Below are positions 1 to 13,155 of a DNA stretch of 32,000 nt, in pieces. Every line of letters begins with the position of its first letter. Within the stretch, counting starts at the first letter, position 1. A program made the position numbers and the translations under genes. This DNA comes from Pseudomonas aeruginosa (GTDB lineage: Bacteria; Pseudomonadota; Gammaproteobacteria; Pseudomonadales; Pseudomonadaceae): NCBI RefSeq assembly GCF_001457615.1, contig NZ_LN831024.1, forward strand, positions 990,001 through 1,022,000, in the 5' to 3' direction. The notes beneath the pieces are model-generated. The model saw nothing but the letters and a program-made list of their open reading frames with translations, made no database searches and was not told the DNA's origin.

Positions 1-158
1 ACGGGCGGGACGGCTCCAGGCGGGCCGCCGCGAGGCCGGCGGGAACCCCGTCGACGCCGCGTCGTCTGATGCCGCGACGCCGGGCGGCCGGCGCCTCCGC
101 TGTGCTAATCTGCCGCCCATTCACAGCGCCTTCGACGGCTTGATCTGCAGGAGTCTGC

Positions 159-1514
159 ATGCACATCCACGTACTCGGCATCTGCGGGACCTTCATGGGC
201 TCGCTGGCCGTGCTGGCCAAGGAACTGGGCCACCGGGTGACCGGTTCCGACGCCAACGTCTACCCCCCCATGAGCACCCAGCTGCAAGCCCAGGGCATCG
301 AGTTGATGCAGGGCTACGATCCGGCCCACCTGGAGCCGGCGCCGGACCTGGTAGTGATCGGCAACGCCCTGTCGCGCGGCAATCCGGCGGTGGAGCATGT
401 CCTGAACAAGGGCCTGCCCTACGTTTCCGGCCCGCAGTGGCTGGCCGACCACGTGCTGCAAGGACGCTGGGTGCTGGCGGTGGCCGGTACCCACGGCAAG
501 ACCACCACCACCAGCATGCTCGCCTGGGTCCTGGAGCACGCCGGCATGAGCCCGGGCTTCCTGATCGGCGGGGTGCCGCAGAACTTCGGGGTTTCGGCGC
601 GCCTGGGCGGTACGCCGTTCTTCGTGGTCGAGGCCGACGAGTACGACAGCGCCTTCTTCGACAAGCGCTCGAAGTTCGTCCATTACCGCCCGCGCACGGC
701 GATCCTGAACAACCTGGAATTCGACCACGCGGATATCTTCCCCGACCTCGCGGCCATCGAGCGGCAGTTCCACCATCTGGTGCGCACTGTGCCGGGCGAG
801 GGCCTGATCATTCGCCCGAGCGCCGAGAAAGCCCTGGAGCGCGTACTCGGGATGGGCTGCTGGACCCCGGTGCAGACCACCGGCGAAGGCGGCCAGTGGC
901 AGGCGCGCCTGCTCGCCGAGGACGGCTCGCGCTTCGAGGTGCTGTTCGACGGCATCGTCCAGGGCGAGGTGGACTGGCCGCTGACCGGCCTGCACAACGT
1001 CGCCAACGCCCTCGCCAGCCTGGCGGCGGCGCGCCATGTCGGCGTGATGCCCAGCCAGGGCGCGGCGGCGCTCAGCGAATTCCGCAACGTCAAGCGGCGC
1101 ATGGAGAAGGTCGCGGAGGTCCGGGGCGTGACCCTCTACGACGACTTCGCCCACCATCCGACCGCCATCGCCACCACCCTCGACGGCCTGCGCAAGCAGG
1201 TTGGCGCCGATACCCAGGTGATCGCCATCGTCGAGCCGCGTTCCAACTCGATGAAGCTCGGCGCTCATCGCGACGGCCTGCCGGACAGCGTGCGCCAGGC
1301 CGACCAGGTGCTCTGGTACGCGCCGCCGAACCTGGGCTGGGACCTGGCCGCCACCGCCGCGCAATGCGCGATACCGTCGCAGGTCTGCGATACCCTGGAG
1401 GCGATCATCGAGCAGGTGCGCCAGCAGGCCAGGCCCGGCGCGCAAGTGGTGATCATGAGCAACGGCGGCTTCGGCGGCTTGCACGGCAAGCTGGCCGCGG
1501 CGCTGGCCGAGTGA
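159..1514 (+). CDS. mpl: UDP-N-acetylmuramate:L-alanyl-gamma-D-glutamyl-meso-diaminopimelate ligase (Mpl, murein recycling)
   Basis: 451-aa ORF; Mur-ligase N-terminus MHIHVLGICGTFMGSLAVLAKELGHRVTGSDANVYPPMSTQL, ATP-binding AGTHGKTTTTSM, C-terminal DDFAHHPTAI. Confidence 0.96.
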   Translation: MHIHVLGICGTFMGSLAVLAKELGHRVTGSDANVYPPMSTQLQAQGIELMQGYDPAHLEPAPDLVVIGNALSRGNPAVEHVLNKGLPYVSGPQWLADHVLQGRWVLAVAGTHGKTTTTSMLAWVLEHAGMSPGFLIGGVPQNFGVSARLGGTPFFVVEADEYDSAFFDKRSKFVHYRPRTAILNNLEFDHADIFPDLAAIERQFHHLVRTVPGEGLIIRPSAEKALERVLGMGCWTPVQTTGEGGQWQARLLAEDGSRFEVLFDGIVQGEVDWPLTGLHNVANALASLAAARHVGVMPSQGAAALSEFRNVKRRMEKVAEVRGVTLYDDFAHHPTAIATTLDGLRKQVGADTQVIAIVEPRSNSMKLGAHRDGLPDSVRQADQVLWYAPPNLGWDLAATAAQCAIPSQVCDTLEAIIEQVRQQARPGAQVVIMSNGGFGGLHGKLAAALAE

Positions 1515-1522
1515 GGGGCGCG

Positions 1523-2152
1523 ATGAGCGGTCCGGAACGCATTACCCTGGCGATGACCGGCGCCTCCGGCGCCCAGTACGGCCTGCGCTTGCTCGATTGC
1601 CTGGTGCAGGAAGAGCGCGAGGTGCACTTCCTGATCTCCAAGGCCGCGCAACTGGTGATGGCCACCGAGACCGACGTGGCCTTGCCGGCCAAGCCGCAGG
1701 CGATGCAGGCCTTCCTCACCGAATATTGCGGTGCCGCCGCCGGACAGATCCGCGTGTTCGGCCAGAACGACTGGATGGCGCCGCCGGCCTCCGGCTCCAG
1801 CGCGCCCAATGCCATGGTGATCTGCCCGTGTTCCACCGGCACCCTGTCGGCGGTCGCCACGGGGGCCTGCAACAACCTCATCGAGCGCGCCGCCGATGTC
1901 GCCCTGAAGGAGCGCCGGCCGCTGGTGCTGGTGCCGCGCGAGGCGCCGTTCTCCAGTATCCACCTGGAAAACATGCTCAAGCTGTCCAACCTCGGCGCGG
2001 TGATCCTGCCGGCGGCGCCGGGCTTCTACCACCAGCCGCAATCGGTGGAGGACCTGGTGGACTTCGTCGTCGCGCGAATCCTCAACACCCTGGGGATTCC
2101 CCAGGATATGCTGCCGCGCTGGGGGGAACAGCACCTTGTCAGCGACGAGTAG
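1523..2152 (+). CDS. ubiX: Flavin prenyltransferase UbiX
   Basis: ATG at 1523 within the track ORF 140..2152 gives 209 aa: MSGPERITLAMTGASGAQYGLRLLDCLVQEEREVHFLISKAA; UbiX/Pad1 family signature; immediately downstream of mpl. Confidence 0.95.
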   Translation: MSGPERITLAMTGASGAQYGLRLLDCLVQEEREVHFLISKAAQLVMATETDVALPAKPQAMQAFLTEYCGAAAGQIRVFGQNDWMAPPASGSSAPNAMVICPCSTGTLSAVATGACNNLIERAADVALKERRPLVLVPREAPFSSIHLENMLKLSNLGAVILPAAPGFYHQPQSVEDLVDFVVARILNTLGIPQDMLPRWGEQHLVSDE

Positions 2153-2429
2153 GGTGCTGCTGCTGGTCCTGGCGGTGCAGATGAGCGGTTGCGCCACCGT
2201 GCGCACCCTGGATGCGGCCAAGCCAGGGGCGCCGGTGGTCTACGCCGGCACCCGGCTGGATTGGTACAGCCTGCACGGCGGCTGCTGCCCGATGGAACGC
2301 TTCGGCGCGGAGGCGCCGGCCCATCCGGGGCTCGACCTGCCGGGCAGCGCGCTGCTGGACACCCTGTTGCTGCCGTTCTCGCTGGCCACCGCCATCGGCC
2401 TCAACCTGGGCATCAGCGGCGGCATGTAG
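2136..2429 (+). CDS. YceK/YidQ-like small lipoprotein
   Basis: 97 aa from a TTG start overlapping the end of ubiX; signal peptide with lipobox-like VQMSGC; YAGTRLDWYSLHGG...HPGLDLPGSALLDTLLLP resembles the YceK/YidQ family. Confidence 0.8.
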   Translation: MSATSRVLLLVLAVQMSGCATVRTLDAAKPGAPVVYAGTRLDWYSLHGGCCPMERFGAEAPAHPGLDLPGSALLDTLLLPFSLATAIGLNLGISGGM

Positions 2430-2448
2430 GGCGGGACCCGCCCCAGGC

Positions 2449-4876
<2,428 letters not shown>

Positions 4877-5066
4877 GCGGCGTTCCCGATGAGTGGTTCG
4901 GTCCGAGGGTGGAGGGGAGACAGTGTGGCGGAAAAATCGTTGCCTGGCAGTAGGGTATTTCCCTGCCGGCCCAGAGCGCCCCCGCGAGCGGGGGCTTTTG
5001 GAAGGGGGGAGAGGGGCGCGAAGGCGCCTGGCCGTCAAGCGAACGGCAGCGCTCGCTGGGGCGGGC

Positions 5067-5522
5067 TCAGACGAAGCAGAGGCTGAGGGTCTCGGCGATG
5101 TAGGCGGGTTTCTCCTGGCCTTCGATCTCCAGGGTGGCGCGCGCCTTGATCAGCCACTGGCCGGGATTCTTCTCGTTGACGTCGAGCAGGGTCAGGCCCA
5201 GGCGGACCCGCGAGCCGACCCGCACCGGCTGGATGAAGCGCACCGTATCGAGGCCGTAGTTGACCGCCATCTTCAGTCCTTCGGGAAGCACCAGCAGGCC
5301 TTCCATCAGCTTCGGGATCAGCGACAGGGACAGGAAACCGTGGGCGATGGTGCCGCCGAAGGGCGTCTTCGCCGCCTTCTCCGGATCGACGTGGATGAAC
5401 TGGTGGTCGCCGGTGCATTCGGCGAACTGGTCGACCCGCTCCTGGTCGATGGTGAGCCATTCGGAATGGCCGAGATCCTTGCCGACATAGTCCTTGAGCG
5501 CTGCTACGGGTACGAATGGCAT
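5067..5522 (-). CDS. MaoC-like (R)-specific enoyl-CoA hydratase/dehydratase family protein
   Basis: 151 aa from MPFVPVAALKDY (track ORF starts 17 codons earlier; GGAGGA ribosome-binding site precedes 5522); hot-dog/MaoC motif FAECTGDHQFIHVDPEKAAKTPFGGTIAHGFLSLSL. Confidence 0.92.
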   Translation of the reverse strand: MPFVPVAALKDYVGKDLGHSEWLTIDQERVDQFAECTGDHQFIHVDPEKAAKTPFGGTIAHGFLSLSLIPKLMEGLLVLPEGLKMAVNYGLDTVRFIQPVRVGSRVRLGLTLLDVNEKNPGQWLIKARATLEIEGQEKPAYIAETLSLCFV

Positions 5523-5715
5523 AAGTCCTCCGGGAGGATGGCTGTTGTTCTCATGGTGCAGGAAGATCAGCACGCGTTGGCGACCGGGTCAAGAAACCAT
5601 CGGCCTGGCGAATATCGCGTCATGCGGTGCCGCGACTGCGACTGATGGATAGGCGAGGAGCGTGCCAATGTCCCGGCGGGCTGGGCATAATGGTCGGCCC
5701 TTGCTGGAGGTGCCC

Positions 5716-6078
5716 ATGTTGCTTCGTGGTCTGACCTGGCTGGTGCTGTTCCAGTTGCTCGGCACAGGTCTGAACGTTCTGTTGTTGCCCATGCTGCCCG
5801 GTCCGATCATCGGCCTGGTGCTGCTGTTCGGTTATTTCCTGGCGCGTGGCGAGGTCGGCAAGCCGGTCAACGAGGCGGCCGGCTCGTTGCTGCGCTACCT
5901 GCCGCTGCTGCTGGTGCCGGCGGCGGTCGGGGTGATGGCCTATGCGCGGGAGATCGCCGCTGACTTCTGGGCCATCGTCGGCGCGCTGGTACTGTCGCTG
6001 GTGCTGTCGTTCCTGTTCGCCGGCTGGATGATGCAGAAGCTCATCGATCGCCAGCAACGTCGCCGGGAGGAGTCCTGA
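5716..6078 (+). CDS. CidA/LrgA family membrane protein
   Basis: 120 aa from MLLRGLTWLVLFQLLGTGLNVLLLPMLPGPIIGLVLLFGYFLARG; ATGA overlap with the downstream LrgB-like gene. Confidence 0.9.
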   Translation: MLLRGLTWLVLFQLLGTGLNVLLLPMLPGPIIGLVLLFGYFLARGEVGKPVNEAAGSLLRYLPLLLVPAAVGVMAYAREIAADFWAIVGALVLSLVLSFLFAGWMMQKLIDRQQRRREES

Positions 6079-6788
6079 TGGCCTGGCAGGCCGCCCTCGA
6101 GGCGGTGATCCACCATCCGCTGTTCGGCGTCGGCGTGACCCTGGGCGCCTACCAGTTGGCCCTGGCCGCCTATGAACGGACCCGCTGGGTGTTCCTGCAG
6201 CCGGTGCTGGTATCGATGCTGGTGGTGATCGGCGTGCTGCTGCTTTGCGGCATCGACTACGACGAATACAGTGCCAGCGCCAAGGTCCTGACCATTCTCC
6301 TCGGCCCCGCCACGGTGGCCCTGGCGGTGCCGCTGTTCCTCAACCTGCGGCGTATCCGCCAATTGTTCTGGCCGACCCTGCTGACCCTGGTGGTCGCCGG
6401 TACGCTGGCGACGGTGCTGGGCATCGCATTCGGCTGGCTGTTCGGTGCCGAGCCGCGGATGCTGATGAGCATGGCGCCGAAGTCGGTGACCTCGCCGATC
6501 GCCATGCTGGTGGCCAGCCAGATCGGCGGCGTGGCGGCGCTGGCCGCCGTGTTCGTACTGATCACCGGGGTGCTCGGGGCGATCCTCGGGCCGGAGCTGC
6601 TGCGCGCCATCGGCGTCCGGCACCCCGCCGCGCAGGGCATGGCGCTGGGCATGACGGCCCACGCGGTGGGCACTTCGCGGGCCTTGCAGGAAGGCGAGGA
6701 GTGTGGTGCCTTCGCCGCCCTGGCGATGAGCCTGATGGGCGTTGCCACCGCAGTGCTGCTACCGTTGGCGGTAGCGCTGGTTGCCTGA
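6078..6788 (+). CDS. LrgB/CidB family membrane protein
   Basis: 236 aa; FGWLFGAEPRMLMSMAPKSVTSPIAMLVASQIGGVAALAAVFV...GVRHPAAQGMALGMTAHAVGTSRAL is characteristic of LrgB. Confidence 0.93.
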   Translation: MAWQAALEAVIHHPLFGVGVTLGAYQLALAAYERTRWVFLQPVLVSMLVVIGVLLLCGIDYDEYSASAKVLTILLGPATVALAVPLFLNLRRIRQLFWPTLLTLVVAGTLATVLGIAFGWLFGAEPRMLMSMAPKSVTSPIAMLVASQIGGVAALAAVFVLITGVLGAILGPELLRAIGVRHPAAQGMALGMTAHAVGTSRALQEGEECGAFAALAMSLMGVATAVLLPLAVALVA

Positions 6789-6807
6789 CGATGCCCGAGG
6801 AGTCGCG

Positions 6808-7401
6808 ATGAAGTTGCCGTTGTTTCCCCTCAACGCCGTGCTGTTCCCCGGTTGCCGCCTGGACCTGCAGATCTTCGAGGCGCGCTACCTGGACATGATC
6901 AGCCGCTGCATGAAGCAGGGCACCGGTTTCGGCGTGGTGACCATCGGCGAAGGGCGGGAGGTCGGCGAAGCGCCGAGCCGCCTGGCGATGGTCGGCTGCG
7001 AGGCCTCGGTCCGCGACTGGCAGCAGCGCCCGAACGGCCTGCTGGGCATCCGCGTGGAGGGCGGACGGCGTTTCCAGGTGCTGTCGGTGGAGGTCCAGGC
7101 CGACCAGCTCAGCGTCGGCGAGATCGAGTGGTTCGAAGACCTGCCGGAGCAACCCCTGACCTACGAACACAACGATCTCGCCGCGTTGCTCAGCGTGCTG
7201 GCCGAGCATCCGATGGTGGCCGCGCTGGAGATGGGCGGCGAGCCCGGCGGCCAGCAGGACCTGGCCAACCAGTTGGCCTACCTGCTGCCGTTCGATACCG
7301 AACGCAAGCTCGAACTGCTCGCCCTGCCCGACGCGCAGATGCAACTGGCGCGGATCCAGGTGCTGCTGGAGCACCTGCAGGGCGAGTTGGGTATCGACTG
7401 A
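6808..7401 (+). CDS. LON N-terminal (substrate-binding) domain protein
   Basis: 197 aa from MKLPLFPLNAVLFPGCRLDLQIFEARYLDMISRCMKQGTGFGVVTIGEGREVG; Lon-N motif, no ATPase or protease domain. Confidence 0.92.
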   Translation: MKLPLFPLNAVLFPGCRLDLQIFEARYLDMISRCMKQGTGFGVVTIGEGREVGEAPSRLAMVGCEASVRDWQQRPNGLLGIRVEGGRRFQVLSVEVQADQLSVGEIEWFEDLPEQPLTYEHNDLAALLSVLAEHPMVAALEMGGEPGGQQDLANQLAYLLPFDTERKLELLALPDAQMQLARIQVLLEHLQGELGID

Positions 7402-7411
7402 GCGCCAACCC

Positions 7412-8725
7412 TCACAGCGGCCGGTAGCGCGCAATGGCTTCCGGCAGGGCCCAGCCGGCGGCGATCGCCAGGGTCGCCACGCAGACCGGCAACAGCAGCC
7501 ACCAGACCCGTTGCGGCAGCGCCGGCAGCGACTCGCGGCGCTGGCTCAGCCACAGGCTGGCGGCGCAGACCGTAGTGGCGAGCAGGGCGCCGGCGACGAT
7601 GTCCGACGGCCAGTGCACGCCAAGGTAGACCCGCGACAGGGCGATGCTCAGCGACGGGATCACCGCCAGCAGTACCCAGGTCAGGCGCCAGCGCGGCGGT
7701 TGCTGGCGGCTGGCGAGGACGCCCAGGGTGAGGAAGAAGGCGAAGGACGCCGAGCTGTGTCCGCTGGGGAAGCTGAAGCTGCTCAGCGGTTCGGCCAGCA
7801 CTTCCGGGCGGGCGCGGGCGAACAGGGTCTTCAGGGTCTGGTTGGCCAGCGCGGTACCCACCAGGGTGCCGATGGCGAAGATGGCCGGACGCCATTGCCG
7901 GGTCAGCAGGAGGATACCGCCGAGCAGCGCGCCGGCGATGAACTGGGTGCGGAAATCGCCGAGCCGGGTGACCACCACCATCACCGGGTTCAGGTCGGCG
8001 TTACGATGCTCCTGGACCAGCGTCATCAGGCCCTGGTCGAGGTCCTGGAGGTACGGCCAGGCGACGGTCATCGCCAGCAGCAGGACCAGGCTCAGCGCGG
8101 CCGCCACAGCGGTTGCCCAGCGTTTGCGCCGCAGGCTGGCCTGGACTACCACGCCGACCAGCACCGCCAGGCAGGCCGCGACGATCCCGGCTTCGCTCCA
8201 GAAGCCTTCCGGCAACGGCAGGCGCAGGGCTGCGCCGGTGGCCCAGCCGGGCAACAGGTAGGCGACCGCCCAGCCGGCGGCGGCGATCAGCGAAACGCCG
8301 AGAAAACGGCCGAACGGCATGTCGAGCATGCCGGCGACCATCGGCAGCATCGGTCGCAGGGCGCCGATGAAGCGGCCGACCAGCAGGCTGGCGATACCGT
8401 AGCGTTCGAAGTACACCTCGGCGGCGGTGATCCACTGCGGATGGCTGCGCAGGCCGGGCAGGCGGCGGATGTTCTGGTGGAAGCGGCGGCCGATCCAGTA
8501 CGAGCTGAGGTCGCCCAGCACCCCGCCGGCGTAGGCCAGCAGCAGGGTTTCGCCGAGGCCGAGGGCGCCGCTGCCGGCGATCACCGCGACGCCGAACAGC
8601 AGCACCACGCCGGGCAGGACGATACCGACGATGGCCGCGCATTCGAGAAAGGCGATGAGGAAGATGGCCAGCCCCAGCCACTCGGGGTTGGCGGCCATCC
8701 AGGCGTTGAAGCTGTCGAGACTCAT
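7412..8725 (-). CDS. DedA (SNARE-associated) family membrane domain fused to PAP2-superfamily phosphatase
   Basis: 437 aa from MSLDSFNAWMAANPEWLG; DedA part FLIAFLECAAIVGIVLPGVVLL...GRFIGALRPMLPMVAGMLDM; PAP2 motifs KTLFARARP, PSGHSSASF, SRVYLGVHWPSD. Confidence 0.93.
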   Translation of the reverse strand: MSLDSFNAWMAANPEWLGLAIFLIAFLECAAIVGIVLPGVVLLFGVAVIAGSGALGLGETLLLAYAGGVLGDLSSYWIGRRFHQNIRRLPGLRSHPQWITAAEVYFERYGIASLLVGRFIGALRPMLPMVAGMLDMPFGRFLGVSLIAAAGWAVAYLLPGWATGAALRLPLPEGFWSEAGIVAACLAVLVGVVVQASLRRKRWATAVAAALSLVLLLAMTVAWPYLQDLDQGLMTLVQEHRNADLNPVMVVVTRLGDFRTQFIAGALLGGILLLTRQWRPAIFAIGTLVGTALANQTLKTLFARARPEVLAEPLSSFSFPSGHSSASFAFFLTLGVLASRQQPPRWRLTWVLLAVIPSLSIALSRVYLGVHWPSDIVAGALLATTVCAASLWLSQRRESLPALPQRVWWLLLPVCVATLAIAAGWALPEAIARYRPL

Positions 8726-9441
8726 TGCAGGTGCGGGTCCTGATGTCCGAGTAGATGATAGTCGCGCCCGGCGACCTGGCCGCGGCGCAGTGGGTTGCGG
8801 GTGCAGAAGGCGGCGAAGGTGGCATCGACGAAACGGTACGGCAGGTGTTCGTCGCGCCCCTTCGGAATGCCCAGCCGAGCGGCCTGGATCACCTGGCTGG
8901 GGCGCTCGCCGACATCGTCGACGAACAGTCGCTGCGGGTCGAAGCGCTGTGCGTCCCACTCCGGCACCTTCAGCCCCATGGCCTTGCACAGCAGGGTCTG
9001 GCCGGCGCACAGGCGGCCGATCTCGCGGGGCCGGCCCTGGCTGTCCGGGTTCAGGCTCTGCATCCGCTCCAGCGCCGTGTGGTCGCTGATGCGATCCAGC
9101 CAGGGATGGCCGGACTTGATCAGCACCGCATTGCCCGGCCCGCCGGCGCTGAAGTTCAGCGAGTCGCCGCCGCGCGCGTAATACATATAGATGTGCCCGC
9201 CGTCGAGGAACAGTGCCTTGCGCTTCTCGGTGTAGCCGAGCGAGGCATGGCTGCCTTTCTCCTCCAGGTAGTAGGCCTCGGTCTCGATGATTCGCGCCGC
9301 CAGCCAGAGATTGCCCTGGCGATGGCGGATCACCTTGCCCAGCAACTCGCGGGCGACCAGCAACGCATCGCGGTCGAAGAAGGTGTCGGGGAGCGGCCGG
9401 GCGTCGGGCCAGGGCAAACTAAGGATGGGATCGCGGGACAT
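8722..9441 (-). CDS. mpg: 3-methyladenine DNA glycosylase (Mpg/AAG family)
   Basis: 239 aa from MSRDPILSLPWPDARPLPDTFFDRDALLVARELLGKVIRH; RIIETEAYYLEEKGSHA, GGHIYMYYARGG, GPGNAVLI motifs; 4-nt overlap with the downstream gene. Confidence 0.93.
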   Translation of the reverse strand: MSRDPILSLPWPDARPLPDTFFDRDALLVARELLGKVIRHRQGNLWLAARIIETEAYYLEEKGSHASLGYTEKRKALFLDGGHIYMYYARGGDSLNFSAGGPGNAVLIKSGHPWLDRISDHTALERMQSLNPDSQGRPREIGRLCAGQTLLCKAMGLKVPEWDAQRFDPQRLFVDDVGERPSQVIQAARLGIPKGRDEHLPYRFVDATFAAFCTRNPLRRGQVAGRDYHLLGHQDPHLQ

Positions 9442-9504
9442 GGGATTGTCGCTGGGACCATGGCAGTCATAGGCTGGCGAATGATAACAACAAGAGCCTG
9501 AATC

Positions 9505-10362
9505 ATGGTTGAACGAGAGCGTGTCGACAGTGCCCACATCACGCCCAGCGCCCATTACACCGGGTACGTCTGGTTCCGCCATCGACTCGCCGAACCGGCC
9601 TTCGCCACCGTCTTCGGCCGCTGGGTACACGGCTTCGTCGCGCCGATCAACTGGGGCGCGCAGCTCGGTTTCGGACTGAACATCGAGGATTTCCTGTTAC
9701 AAAGACACCTCATGATCGACGCGCGCCTGACCCAGGCCGTCGAACGCGAGGGAGTGGTCCAGGTGGTGGAAATGGCCTGCGGGCTCTCGCCGCGTGGGCG
9801 ACGCTTCCGGCAACGCTATCCACAGTTGCGCTACCTGGAGGCCGACCTGCCGCCGATGGCCGCGCGCAAGGCGGCGTTGCTCCGCGAGCAGGGGTGGCTG
9901 GGCCCGGAGCACGCGGTGGCGGCTGTGGATATCCTCGCCGAGGACGGCGAGCGCAGCCTTGCCGCGCTGTTCGCCGGGCTCGATCGCGAGCGCCCGCTGG
10001 TGGTGATCACCGAGGGGCTGGTGAACTATTTCCAGCGCCCGGTGATCGAGGCCTTCTGGAGTCGCCTGGCGACCGAACTTAAACGCTTCCCCCAGGGCAC
10101 CTACCTGACCGACCTCTATCCCGATCTCCGCGAGCACCCGCGCTACCGGCAGATCCGCTGGGGAGTGGGGATCATCGGGCGGCTGACGCGGGGAAGCTAT
10201 CCGTTGCATTACCGCAATGCCGCGGAAATCGAGGCGGCCTTCGCCCGCTGCGGCTTCGCCTCCACCCTGGTGCTCGACCCGCAGCGCGAAGGCGCCGCCC
10301 TGGGCTTGCCGCAGGGACGCCTGCCGAGCCTGGTGCGGGTGATCGAAAGCCGCACGGCATAG
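9505..10362 (+). CDS. Class I SAM-dependent methyltransferase, leucine carboxyl methyltransferase (LCM)-like
   Basis: 285 aa; VVEMACGLSPRGRRFRQRYPQLRYLEADLPPMAARK and RPLVVITEGLVNYFQRPVIEAFW. Confidence 0.82.
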   Translation: MVERERVDSAHITPSAHYTGYVWFRHRLAEPAFATVFGRWVHGFVAPINWGAQLGFGLNIEDFLLQRHLMIDARLTQAVEREGVVQVVEMACGLSPRGRRFRQRYPQLRYLEADLPPMAARKAALLREQGWLGPEHAVAAVDILAEDGERSLAALFAGLDRERPLVVITEGLVNYFQRPVIEAFWSRLATELKRFPQGTYLTDLYPDLREHPRYRQIRWGVGIIGRLTRGSYPLHYRNAAEIEAAFARCGFASTLVLDPQREGAALGLPQGRLPSLVRVIESRTA

Positions 10363-10369
10363 CCGCCTC

Positions 10370-11593
10370 TCAGGCGACCTCCGCTCGCTCCCAGGCGGCG
10401 AGGAGGTCGGCCAGTCCGGCGCTGGCCGCCGGATCGGAGTGCGGGAAGATGAAGGCGAAGCCGCCGGCGGTCGAGCGCAGGGGCAGGATGTCCAAGTCCG
10501 CCAGGCCGTCGCAGCACAACCGCCAGCCGCGTTGCGGGCGGGATTCGGGCAGCTCGGCGTGCAGCCGCCCGCCGAAATAGCCGAGTTCCATCAGTTCCGC
10601 CGCATAGACGCCGAACTGCGGATGTTCCAGCCGAGCGTGCCCCTGGGCTGGCCGATGTCGGACCTCGAAGCGTCGCTCCAGGCCGAGCAGGCGCGTGCGC
10701 GGGATCCGCGTGCTGCCCTCGGCGCGCTCCGGCAGTGCCTCGCCGCGCAGGAACGGGCCGTAGAGCCGGGCGCAGGCCTCGCGTCGTTCGAACTGGGCAA
10801 GATGGTCGGCGTCGTGGATCAGGGCGAACTCGGCGTTCCCGCAGGCATGGGCGAACACCGCATGTTCCCAGGGCTGGGTGAAATGGTCGTACTCGCCGGC
10901 GAGCACCAGGGTCGGGCAGGTCGGGTGCCGCTCGAAGCCGCCGAAGGCCAGCAGGCGCCGGCTATTCTGCCGGTAGCGTTCGATCTCCGCCGCGGTCAGG
11001 CGTTGCAACTGGCGCAGCATGGCCTTGCGAAATACCGGGGAGACGCCGGTACGTTCCAGCTGTAGCGGGTTGATCAGGCCGGTCAGTACGCCGTGGGCGA
11101 AGGCGCTCTGGTCGCCCTCGTCGAGCCGGGCCAGGGCTTCTTCCAGCAGCAGCCGCGCACCGGGGCGGCCGAATGCGGTGATGCCGGCCAGTAGCAGGCG
11201 CGCGCAGCGGCGCGGATGGCGGGCGGCGAACAGCGCGGCCAGGGCCGAGCCGTAGGACAGGCCGATGGGCATCAACGGCGGCAGGCCGAGCTGTTCGGCG
11301 AAGGCCGCGATCAGGTCGGCGAGGTCTTCCAGGCTCAGTTCCGCCGCCAGTTGCAGGTTGCCGCCCTGGCTCGGCAGGTCGAGCAGGATCACCGGGTGCT
11401 CGGCGAGCAGTTCGCTGACCTCGCCGGTGAACGAGCGGAAGCTCTGGAAGGCGCCGCCCAGCAGGAGCACCGGCGGGCGCGGGTCGTCGGCGCGGGCGGC
11501 GAAGGCCTGGTAGCGCAGTTGCCAGCCGTCTAGGAAGAGGATATCCGGTTCGCTGCTTAGCGACTGCGCGCTGTAGTCGGTACGGTAGCGCAT
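10370..11593 (-). CDS. Alpha/beta hydrolase with about 100-residue C-terminal extension
   Basis: 407 aa from [19 protein letters not shown]; nucleophile elbow [20 protein letters not shown] catalytic His region; start moved from 11695 to the ATG at 11593. Confidence 0.85.
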
Positions 11594-11676
11594 GGCGAGG
11601 CCCCGCGGTGTGTGCGTCGTTATTGTTGTTCTGCCGAGCGGGTGCCGGTGGGTGGCAGTGGCCAGGCTCGCTTCGA

Positions 11677-11707
11677 AGGTAAACAGAGGTAGCAATTTTG
11701 TTTACCT
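11677..11707. promoter_or_regulatory. 9-bp perfect inverted repeat AGGTAAACA-N13-TGTTTACCT in the intergenic region upstream of proA
   Basis: Arms 11677..11685 and 11699..11707; AT-rich island in the divergent 11594..11889 intergenic region. Confidence 0.6.
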
Positions 11708-11889
11708 ATCCTTCGGCCGGCGCCTGCGCCCGGGTGTCACCGTCTCGCGCACAGGCCCAGGCGCAGCGGGGCCGCCGCGTTACCGCCGGGGCCGCGGAAC
11801 GCACTGTCTACCGACCGGCTGTTGCGGCTGGGCGCGCCGGGGCTGGCTCGCTATAATCGCGCATTTCCCTGACGCCAGATGCCGAGACC

Positions 11890-13154
<1,265 letters not shown>

Positions 13155-13155
<1 letters not shown>

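Noticed and set aside
140-1522. N-terminal extension of the ubiX frame
   Set aside because: Out-of-frame read of mpl; UbiX homology begins at the ATG at 1523.
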